In this document: positions 17,158 through 25,856 of the stretch, piece after piece | How the letters are laid out: the number at the start of each line of letters is the position of its first letter | Numbering within the stretch: the first letter of the stretch is position 1 | DNA from: an uncultured Rhodospirillaceae bacterium | Lineage (GTDB): Bacteria; Pseudomonadota; Alphaproteobacteria; CAYNIS01 | Direction: 5' to 3' | Length of the DNA stretch: 35,405 nucleotides | NCBI GenBank assembly: GCA_964397055.1 | Contig: CAYNIS010000003.1 | Location: 1 to 35,405 of the forward strand | Made by a program: the position numbers and the translations under genes | Notes under the pieces: generated by a model | Databases searched by the model: none | Told to the model about the DNA's origin: nothing | The model's input: only the letters and a program-made list of their open reading frames with translations

Positions 17158-18735
17158 TTACCGGGTCCCCCGGTTCTTCTGTCGCCGGCGCTGTACCGAG
17201 GAGGGGATGTTCAGCATCTCCCGGTACTTGGCAACCGTGCGCCGCGCGATATCGATGCCGTCTTCGCGCAGGATCTCGACGATGCGGTCGTCGGAGAGGA
17301 TCGCCGTCGCCGGCTCCTGATCGATCATCGTCTTGATCCGGTGGCGCACGGCCTCGGCCGAGTGCGCGGCCGCCCCGCCGGATCCCGGGATCGCGGTCGA
17401 GAAGAAGTACTTGAGCTCGAAGACGGCCCGCGGGGTCGCCATGCACTTGTTGGTCGTGACCCGGCTGACCGTGCTCTCGTGCATGCCGATCGCCTCGGCG
17501 ATGTCGCGCAGGATCAGCGGCCGCAGGTGCTCGATCCCGTGGCGGAAGAACGCCTCCTGCTGGCGCACGATCTCGCTCGCCACCTTCAGGATGGTGTTGG
17601 CGCGCTGGTCCAGGGACTTCACCAGCCAATTGGCCGAATTCAGCTGTTCGGCCAGATACTCCCGTTCCTCCTTGGACCGGGCGCTCTGGCTGACCTGGGT
17701 GTAGTAGCGGCGGTTGACCAGCACCTTCGGCAGCGTCTCGGGGTTGAGCTCGATCAGCCACCCGCCCTCCGGATTGGGGCGCATCAAGATGTCCGGAACC
17801 ACGGTCTGGGAGACGAAGCTCTCGAACTGGAGGGCGGGTTTTGGGTCGAGCTGGCGCAGCTCGGAGATCATCTCGGAAAGGTCTTCGTCATCGACCCCGC
17901 AGCGTGTCCTCAGGCCCGCAAGATCGCCGTCGGCGAGGAGGTCGAGGTTGTCCAGCATCGCCTGCATCGCCGGATCCAGCCGATCGCGTTCACGCAACTG
18001 AAGTGCGAGGCATTCCGCGAGCGACCGCGCGAAAAGCCCCGCCGGCTCGAACTGCTGGAGCCGGGCGAGAACCGCCATGACGCGCTCCTCCGCGGCACCC
18101 AGACGGGCGGCGAGGTCGCCGAGATCGGCGGTCAGGTATCCACTGTCGTCGAGGCTGTCGATCAGGCTGGCACCGATCAGCCGGTCGCCGGCATCGGTGA
18201 CGTCGACGGAGAGCTGCGCCATCAGGTGGTCCCGCAGGTTGCCATCCCGCGCGACACGCTCCTCCCAGGATGCGCCGTCATCGTCGAAGCCGCCGCCGCG
18301 GCCGACCGTCGACCAGCCGTCACCGGTATCATAGGCGTGGCCGTCATCGCCCTCCGACGCACCAGCACCATCGGCCCGGAATTCGCCGTCCGGGCTCACC
18401 TCATCGTTCCAGACATTGCCGTAATCGGCGTCGAGGGCGGGTTCCTGGGCCGATCCGAAGGTCTCGGTCGAGGCCAGACGGTCGAGATCGGCCGTCCGCT
18501 CCGCCGGGGTCGCATCGGGCTCCGGCGCCAGGTTGGTGTTCGTGACCTGCCCCGGTTCGCCGTCATCGGCGAGACTGTCCGGGCCGTCGAGCAGCGGGTT
18601 CTGCTCCATCTCGCGCTCGACGAACGAGCTGAGCTCGATATTCGACAACTGCAGCAGCTTGATCGCCTGCTGCAGCTGCGGCGTCATCACCAGGGTCTGG
18701 CTCTGCCGGAGATCAAGCCGTTGGGATAGCGCCAT
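17158..18735 (-). CDS. rpoN: RNA polymerase sigma-54 factor
   Basis: Region I MALSQRLDLRQSQTLVMTPQLQQAIKLLQLSNIEL and a C-terminal RpoN box (ARRTVAKYRE). Confidence 0.95.
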   Translation of the reverse strand: MALSQRLDLRQSQTLVMTPQLQQAIKLLQLSNIELSSFVEREMEQNPLLDGPDSLADDGEPGQVTNTNLAPEPDATPAERTADLDRLASTETFGSAQEPALDADYGNVWNDEVSPDGEFRADGAGASEGDDGHAYDTGDGWSTVGRGGGFDDDGASWEERVARDGNLRDHLMAQLSVDVTDAGDRLIGASLIDSLDDSGYLTADLGDLAARLGAAEERVMAVLARLQQFEPAGLFARSLAECLALQLRERDRLDPAMQAMLDNLDLLADGDLAGLRTRCGVDDEDLSEMISELRQLDPKPALQFESFVSQTVVPDILMRPNPEGGWLIELNPETLPKVLVNRRYYTQVSQSARSKEEREYLAEQLNSANWLVKSLDQRANTILKVASEIVRQQEAFFRHGIEHLRPLILRDIAEAIGMHESTVSRVTTNKCMATPRAVFELKYFFSTAIPGSGGAAAHSAEAVRHRIKTMIDQEPATAILSDDRIVEILREDGIDIARRTVAKYREMLNIPSSVQRRRQKNRGTR

Positions 18736-18846
18736 TTCCGGTGTGTGTTCCGCCTCGCCCGGGGCCGCTGGCCAGCCCCCGCCGTCTTGCCGACATCCCC
18801 TGGGCGATCCCGCCGATCGCCGGGAAGCGCTAGGCAGGCGGACCCG

Positions 18847-19722
18847 TCAGAGGGAGAACCGTTCGCCGAGATAGACGCGCCGGACATCCTGGTGGGCGAC
18901 GATCTCCGCGGGCGCACCCTCCATCAGGACGCGACCGTCATGCAAGATATATGCCCTGTCGACGATGTCCAGCGTTTCCCGCACATTGTGATCGGTTATC
19001 AGGACCCCGATGCCGCGGTGGCGAAGATGCCCGATCAGTTCCCGGATCTCACCCAGCGCAATCGGATCGATGCCGGCCAGAGGCTCGTCGAGCAACATGA
19101 ACTGCGGCTGGGAGGCAAGGGCCCGCGCAATCTCGACCCGGCGCCGCTCACCACCGGACAGGGCCAGGGCCGGCGTGCGGCGCAGGTGGGAAATGGAAAA
19201 CTCGGCGAGGAGTTCGTCGAGCATCGCTTCCCGCTGACGCCGGTTCGGCTCCATCACCTCCAGGATCGCACGGATGTTCTGCTCGACCGTCATGCCGCGG
19301 AAGATCGAGGACTCCTGCGGCAGGTAGCCGATCCCCATGCGCGCGCGGCGATAGAGCGGCAGATCGGTGATGTCCGCCCCGTCGAGGTGGATCGACCCGG
19401 CGTCGGCCGCGATCAGGCCGGTGATGATGTAGAAGCAGGTGGTCTTGCCCGCCCCGTTGGGGCCGAGGAGACCGACCGCCTCGCCACGCTGAACGCGCAG
19501 GGAGACATCCCGCAACACCGGACGTCGCTTGAAGCGCTTGCCGAGATTGCTGGCGATCAGCCCGTCATTCTTGGCAACGAGGCGCGGGGCGGAACCCGAC
19601 CGCGACTTGGCGGAGGCCTGCTTGCCGGTGCCCTGGCGGGATCGCGGGTCGCGGACCGCGCGCACCACCCGGCTCGGGCGCCGCCCCCCGCCATCGGAAC
19701 GATTGCTCTGATCGCCGCTCAT
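18847..19722 (-). CDS. lptB: LPS export ABC transporter ATP-binding protein
   Basis: Walker [10 protein letters not shown], signature [15 protein letters not shown], Walker B MLLDEP. The start is uncertain: ATG 19722 follows GGGAAGGG, and ATG 19797 is an alternative. The track extension to 19935 overlaps lptA and is rejected. Confidence 0.85.
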   Translation of the reverse strand: MSGDQSNRSDGGGRRPSRVVRAVRDPRSRQGTGKQASAKSRSGSAPRLVAKNDGLIASNLGKRFKRRPVLRDVSLRVQRGEAVGLLGPNGAGKTTCFYIITGLIAADAGSIHLDGADITDLPLYRRARMGIGYLPQESSIFRGMTVEQNIRAILEVMEPNRRQREAMLDELLAEFSISHLRRTPALALSGGERRRVEIARALASQPQFMLLDEPLAGIDPIALGEIRELIGHLRHRGIGVLITDHNVRETLDIVDRAYILHDGRVLMEGAPAEIVAHQDVRRVYLGERFSL

Positions 19723-19810
19723 CGCCAGAGCCCTTCCCGCCCCGTCCCTGCTGTCGCAAACACTTCTGAAATCACCTGTCGGACGCGATTGCGTCATTGG
19801 CGCGGCATGG

Positions 19811-20752
19811 TTACTGGCGCGCCGCCGTCTCCTCGCCCTCGTCGCCGTCGTCCCCGGCATCGTCGGGGAAGAACAGCGCGCGGACCCGGCGTTGGGCCCC
19901 GTCCGTCGCCTGGCCGGCGAAGAGCTTGCTCTCACCGGTGCGCAGGTCGACCTCGGCCCTGGCCCCGTTCAACTGGTTGTCGCCGCGCGTGATGCGAACA
20001 TCCCCGGTCAGCGTCGCGAGCTCGGCGGAGGTGACGTAGACACCCCGGTCTCCGAACACGGTATCGGTCGGTGTCGTGATGACGACGGAGCCATAGGCGT
20101 CGATGCGATCGACCTGCAGCCCGCCGGCGTCATTCTCGACCATCTGGGCGGTCAGAAGGTCACTGCGCAGGACGTCCTGCGCGCGCTTTGCGACGGCATC
20201 GCCACGCGCCACCGCGACGCGCGTGTTCTGGTAGTATTCCAGACTGTCCCGGGCGGTGATCTCATCCGTCGGGGTCACGAACAAAAGCTGGTCGCCGGTC
20301 AGGACGGCAATCCGCTCGTCGAGGTCATAGACACCCTTGTCGCCGAAGGCCTCGTGGGTCGACGTGTAGATCTGGACATTGCCCTCGGCCGAGACCCGGA
20401 AGATCTCGGTGCGGCCTGTCGCCGTCTCCCGGTAGTAGGCGACCAGCACGTCTCCTTCGACCGTCACATCGCCGCGGCGGGCGAGCGCGTTGCCGCGGGC
20501 GACGTAGACCTTTTCCTCCCGCAGCCATTCAAGGGTGCCGTCAGCCAGAATCTCGACCGGACCGTCACCGGAAGCGCCGAGGTCGTCACTCGCGCCGGAT
20601 GGCGCCTCCGCCGTGGCATCGGTCTGTGCCCCGGACACTGCCGGCGGGACGACAAGGGCGACCAACAGGGCGAGGGCTGCGAAGGGCAACCGACCCGCCG
20701 CGGTGCTGGCGATCGATCGGCGACGGGTGGGGAACGCTTCGATCGGGATCAC
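19811..20752 (-). CDS. lptA: LptA/OstA-family periplasmic LPS transport protein
   Basis: Signal peptide (...[16 protein letters not shown]) followed by repeated OstA beta-jellyroll-like segments. GTG 20752 overlaps the lptC stop (GTGA). Confidence 0.75.
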   Translation of the reverse strand: MIPIEAFPTRRRSIASTAAGRLPFAALALLVALVVPPAVSGAQTDATAEAPSGASDDLGASGDGPVEILADGTLEWLREEKVYVARGNALARRGDVTVEGDVLVAYYRETATGRTEIFRVSAEGNVQIYTSTHEAFGDKGVYDLDERIAVLTGDQLLFVTPTDEITARDSLEYYQNTRVAVARGDAVAKRAQDVLRSDLLTAQMVENDAGGLQVDRIDAYGSVVITTPTDTVFGDRGVYVTSAELATLTGDVRITRGDNQLNGARAEVDLRTGESKLFAGQATDGAQRRVRALFFPDDAGDDGDEGEETAARQ

Positions 20753-21540
20753 TGCAGCACCTCGGACGTGGCGACGTCGTCGCCGCTCAGGACCAGCCTT
20801 GCCGGCCCGGTGAAGACAACCGTCCGCCCGCCATCGATCAACCGGAAGCCGTCGGCATCGATCGTCTGGTCGGGACCCGTGCCGATGATCGGCTGATCCC
20901 CCCACACCAGGTTCTCGGCGAAGTCGACATGTGCCTGAAGGGTCACGAACTCGTTGCCGGTGTCGTGGAACAGCCGAACATCGCCGGTCAGCAAGAGCTT
21001 GGACGCCGACTCGTCGTAGTGGCCCTCGTCGGAGCGCAGGGCCACCCAGGTGCCGTCGTCCATGACGGTTTCGGCCAGCGGGTTGACCAGATCGACGACC
21101 CAGGCACCGTCGACCGAACTCGACTGGATCGCCCGATCGGCGGTGATCGTGTAGGGCCGGTCATCGTCGGTGACGCCGCTGTAGCGGGTCTGCTCCATCA
21201 TCGGCTGAAGATCGGTGGTCGGCGCCTCCGGTTCGGGTGCCACCATCTCGACGACTTCCTGGGGTGGGACAACCACCGGCTCGGGGCTGATCTGCGGCCA
21301 ATAGGCGATCGCCCCGATCGCGACGATCGCCGCCGCCGGCAGGGCGACGCGCAGGAACTTGACCAGCCAGGTGTATGCGCGCCGGCTGCCGCCCTGGGCG
21401 CGGCGCCGCCGTCGCTCGCTCAGGCGGCTGGCGGAGAAAGCGGCCAGACGGTCGCCACCGGATGCGGCGGCGTCGTCGACCGCCTCATCCGCTGCGGCGT
21501 CGTCGTCTTCGTCGAACTCATCGTAGGTCGCATCGACCAT
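20749..21540 (-). CDS. lptC: LptC-family LPS export protein with a long charged N-terminal extension
   Basis: A single TM helix (LVKFLRVALPAAAIVAIGAIAYW) followed by an LptC-like periplasmic domain. Sits immediately upstream of lptA-lptB. AGGA lies 7 nt upstream of ATG 21540. Confidence 0.7.
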   Translation of the reverse strand: MVDATYDEFDEDDDAAADEAVDDAAASGGDRLAAFSASRLSERRRRRAQGGSRRAYTWLVKFLRVALPAAAIVAIGAIAYWPQISPEPVVVPPQEVVEMVAPEPEAPTTDLQPMMEQTRYSGVTDDDRPYTITADRAIQSSSVDGAWVVDLVNPLAETVMDDGTWVALRSDEGHYDESASKLLLTGDVRLFHDTGNEFVTLQAHVDFAENLVWGDQPIIGTGPDQTIDADGFRLIDGGRTVVFTGPARLVLSGDDVATSEVLQ

Positions 21541-21705
21541 CAGGCCATCCTGGTGCCGGCACCCGATCCCGCCGCGATCACCGCGACTCGGCTCGTTGCC
21601 TGTGATTTCACCCGCCGAGGCGACACTATGCGGGGACCGCGGCGCGGGGTCAATGGACGCGCCCGCCAGGACCTCGCCCGCCGCTAACTCAACCGGTCGC
21701 CCAGT

Positions 21706-22317
21706 TCAATGGCTGAAGATGTCGTCGTCGGGCCAACCGGCGAGGTCGAGGCGTGCCCGGGTCGGCAGAAACGCGAAGCAGGCCCGGGCGAATTCACTCC
21801 GCCCCTCGCGCGCCAGCATCGCATCAAGCCGCTCGCGAAGGGCGTGCAGGTAAAGCACGTCGGACGCGGCGTAGCGCAGCTGTTCCGGGCTCAGCGTCTC
21901 CGCCCCCCAGTCGGAGGACTGCTGCTGCTTGTCGAGCACGACCGCCAGCAGTTCGCGGCAAAGGTCCTTCAGTCCGTGCTTGTCGGTATAGGTCCGGGTG
22001 AGGCGCGAGGCTATCTTGGTGCAATAGATCGGCTGGCACATGACGCCGAGATAGGCTTCGATCACCGCGATATCGAAGCGCGCGTAGTGAAACAGCTTCT
22101 CGACAGTGGGATCGGCGAACAGGCGCACGAGGTTCGGCGCAGCGTAGTCATCCCGGCGGAACCGGACGAGATGACAAACACCATCGCCGCCGGAAAGCTG
22201 CACGAGGCACAGGCGATCGCGGCCCGGTTTCAGCCCCAGGGTTTCACTGTCGACCGCCACCGCCCCGGTGAACCGGACGTCGTCCGGCAGATCACGCTCG
22301 TGAAGATGGATGGTCAT
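21706..22317 (-). CDS. rnd: short RNase D-like DEDDy 3'-5' exonuclease
   Basis: Exo motifs VAVDSETLGL, ...KLFHYARFDIAV... and YAASDVLYLHAL. ATG 22317 was chosen because the track ORF extension to 22464 runs into the tRNA gene. Confidence 0.8.
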   Translation of the reverse strand: MTIHLHERDLPDDVRFTGAVAVDSETLGLKPGRDRLCLVQLSGGDGVCHLVRFRRDDYAAPNLVRLFADPTVEKLFHYARFDIAVIEAYLGVMCQPIYCTKIASRLTRTYTDKHGLKDLCRELLAVVLDKQQQSSDWGAETLSPEQLRYAASDVLYLHALRERLDAMLAREGRSEFARACFAFLPTRARLDLAGWPDDDIFSH

Positions 22318-22420
22318 GGCGCACCGAACGGGATGGTTGCCGCTCTGTTTCAGGGGCCGCCCTGGCTCAGAGGCCACTCTGGCCGGGGACCAGCAGGGTG
22401 CGAACGCCACCGAAGGAGGT

Positions 22421-22507
22421 TGGTGCCCAGGAGAAGACTCGAACTTCCACGGCATTGCTGCCACAGGTACCTGAAACCTGCGCGTCTACCAATTCCGCCA
22501 CCTGGGC
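22421..22507 (-). tRNA. tRNA-Leu (anticodon CAG), 87 nt with long variable arm and encoded CCA
   Basis: Folded by hand. Acceptor GCCCAGG/CCTGGGC. D-arm region GCGGAATTGGTAGACGC. Anticodon stem CAGGT/ACCTG with loop TTCAGGT. Variable arm TGGCAGCAATGCCGT. T-arm GGAAG-TTCGAGT-CTTCT. Discriminator A plus CCA. Confidence 0.9.
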
Positions 22508-22520
22508 ACGGCGAACCCCG

Positions 22521-22550
22521 TTGTTACCAAGAAGCCGGGATCGCTGTCAA
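22521..22550 (-). promoter_or_regulatory. candidate sigma-70-type promoter for tRNA-Leu
   Basis: On the minus strand: TTGACA, then 17-18 nt, then (G)TAACA(A), ending about 13 nt before the mature tRNA 5' end. The -35 is perfect and the -10 is weak. Confidence 0.35.
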
Positions 22551-22683
22551 CTGCCGAAGCAGGGCGGATAGCCGCGCGGCACCGCTCTTTCCAGTCTGCG
22601 CACAACGAATTAAGTCTTCGCGCGATGCCACGGTCGTCGGCACCTGCCCGGCGATCCGGCGATGACAATGGTCGGATGCCACG

Positions 22684-23676
22684 ATGATCGAGAACCACCA
22701 GCCTCGCCCGCCTTCCGCCGGCGGCCCCGTCGTGACCGTTTTCGGGGGGACCGGCTTCGTCGGCCGCCATCTGGTCTGGCATCTGGCCCGGCATGGGGCG
22801 GTCGTGCGCATCGCCACCCGGGTGCCGCATCGTGCCAAGGCGCTGAAGCCCGCCGGCGTCGTCGGCCAGATCGTCGGCGTGCGCACCTCGCTCGGCGATG
22901 ACAGCTCGATCGCCGACGCGGTCCGCGGGGCGACCCACGTCGTCAATCTGGTCGGCATCCTGGCCGAAAGCGGCACCAGCAGCTTCGATCGGGTCCATGC
23001 CGAATTGCCGGGCAAGATCGCCCGCGCTGCCGAGGACAAGGGTGTCGGCAGTCTCGTCCATGTATCGTCGCTCGGGGCGGCGGCCGATGCGCCGAGCCGT
23101 TACCAGCAGAGCAAGGCGGCGGGCGAGGATGCCGTGCACGCGGGCTTCCCCGCAGCCACGATCCTCAGGCCGTCCATCGTCTTCGGGCCGGAGGACGGGT
23201 TCTTCAACCTGTTCGCCAACATGGCGCGGTTCCTGCCGGCCCTGCCGCTGATCGGCGGCGGCCACACGCGCTTCCAGCCGGTCTACGTCGAGGATGTCGC
23301 AAGCGCCATCATGGAAACGCTGTTCTCCGCCGATCACCGCGGCAAGACCTTCGAACTCGGCGGCCCGCAGACCTACAGCTTCAAGGACCTGCTGGTCCTG
23401 ATGATGCAGGAAACCGGCCAGCGGCGGGCGCTCCTGCCCCTGCCGTGGCCGCTCGCCGAACTTCAGGGCTCGGTCTTCCAGCGCCTTCCGGGCCAGCTTC
23501 TGACCTACGATCAGGTCCAGTCTCTCAAGACCGACAATGTCTGCTCCGGCACGCTTCCGGGGCTGACCGACCTCGGCATCGAGCCGACGGCGCTGGAGAT
23601 CATCCTGCCGACCTACATGGACCGGTTCCGCCGCGGCGGCCGCTTCGCCAAGCAGAACGCCCGCGCCTACTCCTGA
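22684..23676 (+). CDS. complex I NDUFA9-like NAD(P)H-binding SDR family protein
   Basis: Rossmann motif VFGGTGFVGRHL, ...SRYQQSKAAGE... (YxxxK), and a ...RFQPVYVEDVA... tail typical of the NDUFA9 / atypical SDR family. Confidence 0.85.
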   Translation: MIENHQPRPPSAGGPVVTVFGGTGFVGRHLVWHLARHGAVVRIATRVPHRAKALKPAGVVGQIVGVRTSLGDDSSIADAVRGATHVVNLVGILAESGTSSFDRVHAELPGKIARAAEDKGVGSLVHVSSLGAAADAPSRYQQSKAAGEDAVHAGFPAATILRPSIVFGPEDGFFNLFANMARFLPALPLIGGGHTRFQPVYVEDVASAIMETLFSADHRGKTFELGGPQTYSFKDLLVLMMQETGQRRALLPLPWPLAELQGSVFQRLPGQLLTYDQVQSLKTDNVCSGTLPGLTDLGIEPTALEIILPTYMDRFRRGGRFAKQNARAYS

Positions 23677-23768
23677 GCTCTGTAACGGTGATGCGCGCGA
23701 CGCAACGTCTCGTCACGTTCAAGCGTTGGCGCGACGCAACGTTTCGTGGCGCTTGGCCCGGATGGGCT

Positions 23769-25106
23769 TCAGACCGGATCGCGTGGCGAAGTCCTCTCGG
23801 CCTTCCGCGGCTCGCGCACGGTCAACAGCAACAGCCCGCCGGCCAGCCAGAACACCAGGATCGTCGCCATGCCGACCCGCAGGCCCGCCAGTTCGGTGGC
23901 GAGGCCGAAGACCGCCGGCCCGACCGGCGAGATCGATTTGCCGGTGAGGGCATAGAGCCCGAACATCTCGGTCTCGATGCCCCTCGGCGTCAGTCGGGCA
24001 AGCAGGGTCCGGCTCGCCGCCTGGGTCGGTCCGACGAACAGGCCGAGCCCCAGCGACAACACGATGAAGGTCGTGATGTCCGAGATCAGGAGGAGCGGGC
24101 CGGCAAAGGCGATCAGGCCGAGGATCGAGATCAGGACCGTGGTCCGCGACCCGGCCCGGTCGTCGAGGAAGCCGAAGCCTGCCGCCCCCAGCCCGCCGGT
24201 GACGTTGAGGCCGATCGCGAACACCAGAATCTGGCCGAAGCTCATGCCGAACGCCCCGGCCGCGTAGAGCCCGCCGACGGCGAACAGGGTCGACAGACCG
24301 TCCCGGTAGAGCGCGCTGGCGATCAGGAAGCGGACCATGTTGCCGTGCCGGGGCAGGCTCAAAAGCGTGTGCTTCAGGTCGCCCAACCCGCGGCTGACCG
24401 CGTCCGCCACGCGCTCGCCGCTTGCCGGCTGGTCGACGGTGAAGACGAACAGCGGGATCGAGAACACAAGGTACCAGCCGGCCACCACCAGGGCGGTGGC
24501 GCGGACATGCTCGCTTTGCTCCCGCGGCAGGGGGATCAGCGGCTGGAGCCCGTCGCCGAGGCCGACGAACAGGAAGAGGCAGGCGGCAAGACAGCCGAGA
24601 CCGCCGATATAGCCGAGGCCCCAGGCCCAGCCCGAAACGCGGCCCATCATCGCGGGCGGCGACACCGACGGCAGCATGGCGTTGTAGAACACCGTCGCGA
24701 ACTCGAACGCGATGGTCGACAGCACCACCAGGGTTAGGGCGTAGTCGATCGAGCCCGGATCGGGGGTCGCGAACCACAGGAAGGCCGTCGGCACCACCGT
24801 CGCCACGGTGAACACGGCGATCCACGGTTTGCGCCGTCCGAGCCGGTCGGCGACAGCACCCAGGGCCGGGCTCAACAGCGCCACCAAGAGCCCCGCGCCG
24901 GCGCCGGCGTAGGCCCAGGCGGCCGCACCCGCCTCCTCGTCGCCATAGATGCCGCGCTGGAAATAGACGGAGAAGATGAAGGTGCCGATGACCGTGTTGT
25001 AGGCGGACATCGCCCAGTCATAGAGGCACCAGGCGAAGATCGAGCTGCCGCCGCCGGATGACGCGGCTGGCGGGTGCTCCTCCGCTTCGATAGTGGCAGC
25101 CGCCAT
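23769..25106 (-). CDS. MFS transporter, UMF1 (Atg22-like) family
   Basis: ...FAWCLYDWAMSAYNTVIGTFIFSVYF... is the characteristic UMF1 N-terminus, and there are about 12 hydrophobic segments. GGGAGGG lies 9 nt upstream of ATG 25106. It is only the 3' third of the 1442-aa track ORF. Confidence 0.85.
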   Translation of the reverse strand: MAAATIEAEEHPPAASSGGGSSIFAWCLYDWAMSAYNTVIGTFIFSVYFQRGIYGDEEAGAAAWAYAGAGAGLLVALLSPALGAVADRLGRRKPWIAVFTVATVVPTAFLWFATPDPGSIDYALTLVVLSTIAFEFATVFYNAMLPSVSPPAMMGRVSGWAWGLGYIGGLGCLAACLFLFVGLGDGLQPLIPLPREQSEHVRATALVVAGWYLVFSIPLFVFTVDQPASGERVADAVSRGLGDLKHTLLSLPRHGNMVRFLIASALYRDGLSTLFAVGGLYAAGAFGMSFGQILVFAIGLNVTGGLGAAGFGFLDDRAGSRTTVLISILGLIAFAGPLLLISDITTFIVLSLGLGLFVGPTQAASRTLLARLTPRGIETEMFGLYALTGKSISPVGPAVFGLATELAGLRVGMATILVFWLAGGLLLLTVREPRKAERTSPRDPV

Positions 25107-25199
25107 GATGAAGCGCCCTCCCGCTCGTCCCCGTTCGACCCTATGTCCCTTGGCACAGGCAAGCCGCGTCGGGCGGCAGTGAGGCAGGGGTTGCGGGCG

Positions 25200-25655
25200 A
25201 TGACAAGTACCGAGGCTGAGGAACCGAAGACCGGCGGCGACGGCGGCCCGATGCCGCCGGACTTCCTGGCCGTCTTCGCCGATCACCCGCGCATTCGCGA
25301 AAAGCCGCTGCTGACCGCCCTCGGTGCCTACGGTGTTGCCCTCCTGCTGGCGCTGGTGGTCTTCCTGCTGCAGCTCTGGGTCCTGGAACTGACCCTCTAC
25401 CTCATCCTCGGCGTCGTCATGCTGATGGTGCGCCAGTCGGTGATGGCCGTTCAGCCGCCGGAGGCCGCCCCGACGGTCAAGATGATGAACGTGCCGGAAT
25501 ATGTCTGGCCGACGATCCTGTTGTGGCTGATCACCTTCCCCATGCACCTGATCCCGATCGCCGCGATGCGCCGACGCCTCGCCAAGGCCGGGCATTTCGA
25601 CAAGCCGGCGGAAGCTGCGGCCGCAACGGACACCCCGCCGACGGGCGAGCCCTGA
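25200..25655 (+). CDS. hypothetical membrane protein (3 predicted TM segments)
   Basis: High GC3 and hydrophobic helices (LLTALGAYGVALLLALVVFLL, LTLYLILGVVMLMV, WPTILLWLITFPMHLIPIAA). The start is uncertain (ATG 25200, ATG 25143, or the track start 25074). Confidence 0.5.
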   Translation: MTSTEAEEPKTGGDGGPMPPDFLAVFADHPRIREKPLLTALGAYGVALLLALVVFLLQLWVLELTLYLILGVVMLMVRQSVMAVQPPEAAPTVKMMNVPEYVWPTILLWLITFPMHLIPIAAMRRRLAKAGHFDKPAEAAAATDTPPTGEP

Positions 25656-25856
25656 CCGGGCGCGGCGGGGGCGCGCGGCGATCGGCCTCAAGCCCACGGA
25701 CGGGCGGGAAGGATTGCGTCGGCGGGTCCCTGCCCTATTATCCCAGGTGTTTCGGAACGCCGCAGCCGCAGCGGGCATGGTCCGGTTGACCCGGATCGAC
25801 CCAGCCGGCGGTTCAGGCGGTAGACGACCCTCATCGACAGGAAAGGTGGACCGGTC

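Noticed and set aside
17056-18729. 557-aa plus-strand ORF opposite rpoN, and similar long antisense ORFs at 8744-10060, 11692-13068, 13825-15045, 5740-6777 and 7012-8295
   Set aside because: Each is the mirror frame of a confidently identified gene (rpoN, ACAD, aminotransferase, ACAD, sbtA, aldolase/sbtB). Stop-poor antisense frames are expected at this GC content.
22318-22464. N-terminal extensions of track ORFs for rnd (to 22464), the aldolase (to 8373), lptB (to 19935) and lptA (to 20905)
   Set aside because: The extensions overlap the tRNA gene or neighbouring CDSs and are P/R/S-rich. Internal starts with an RBS or stop-start coupling (GTGA for lptC/lptA) fit better.
22421-22690. tRNA-Leu as an integration hotspot or genomic-island border
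   Set aside because: There is no integrase, no duplicated tRNA 3' end that I could see, and the flanking genes (rnd-like, NDUFA9-like) are core-type with normal composition.
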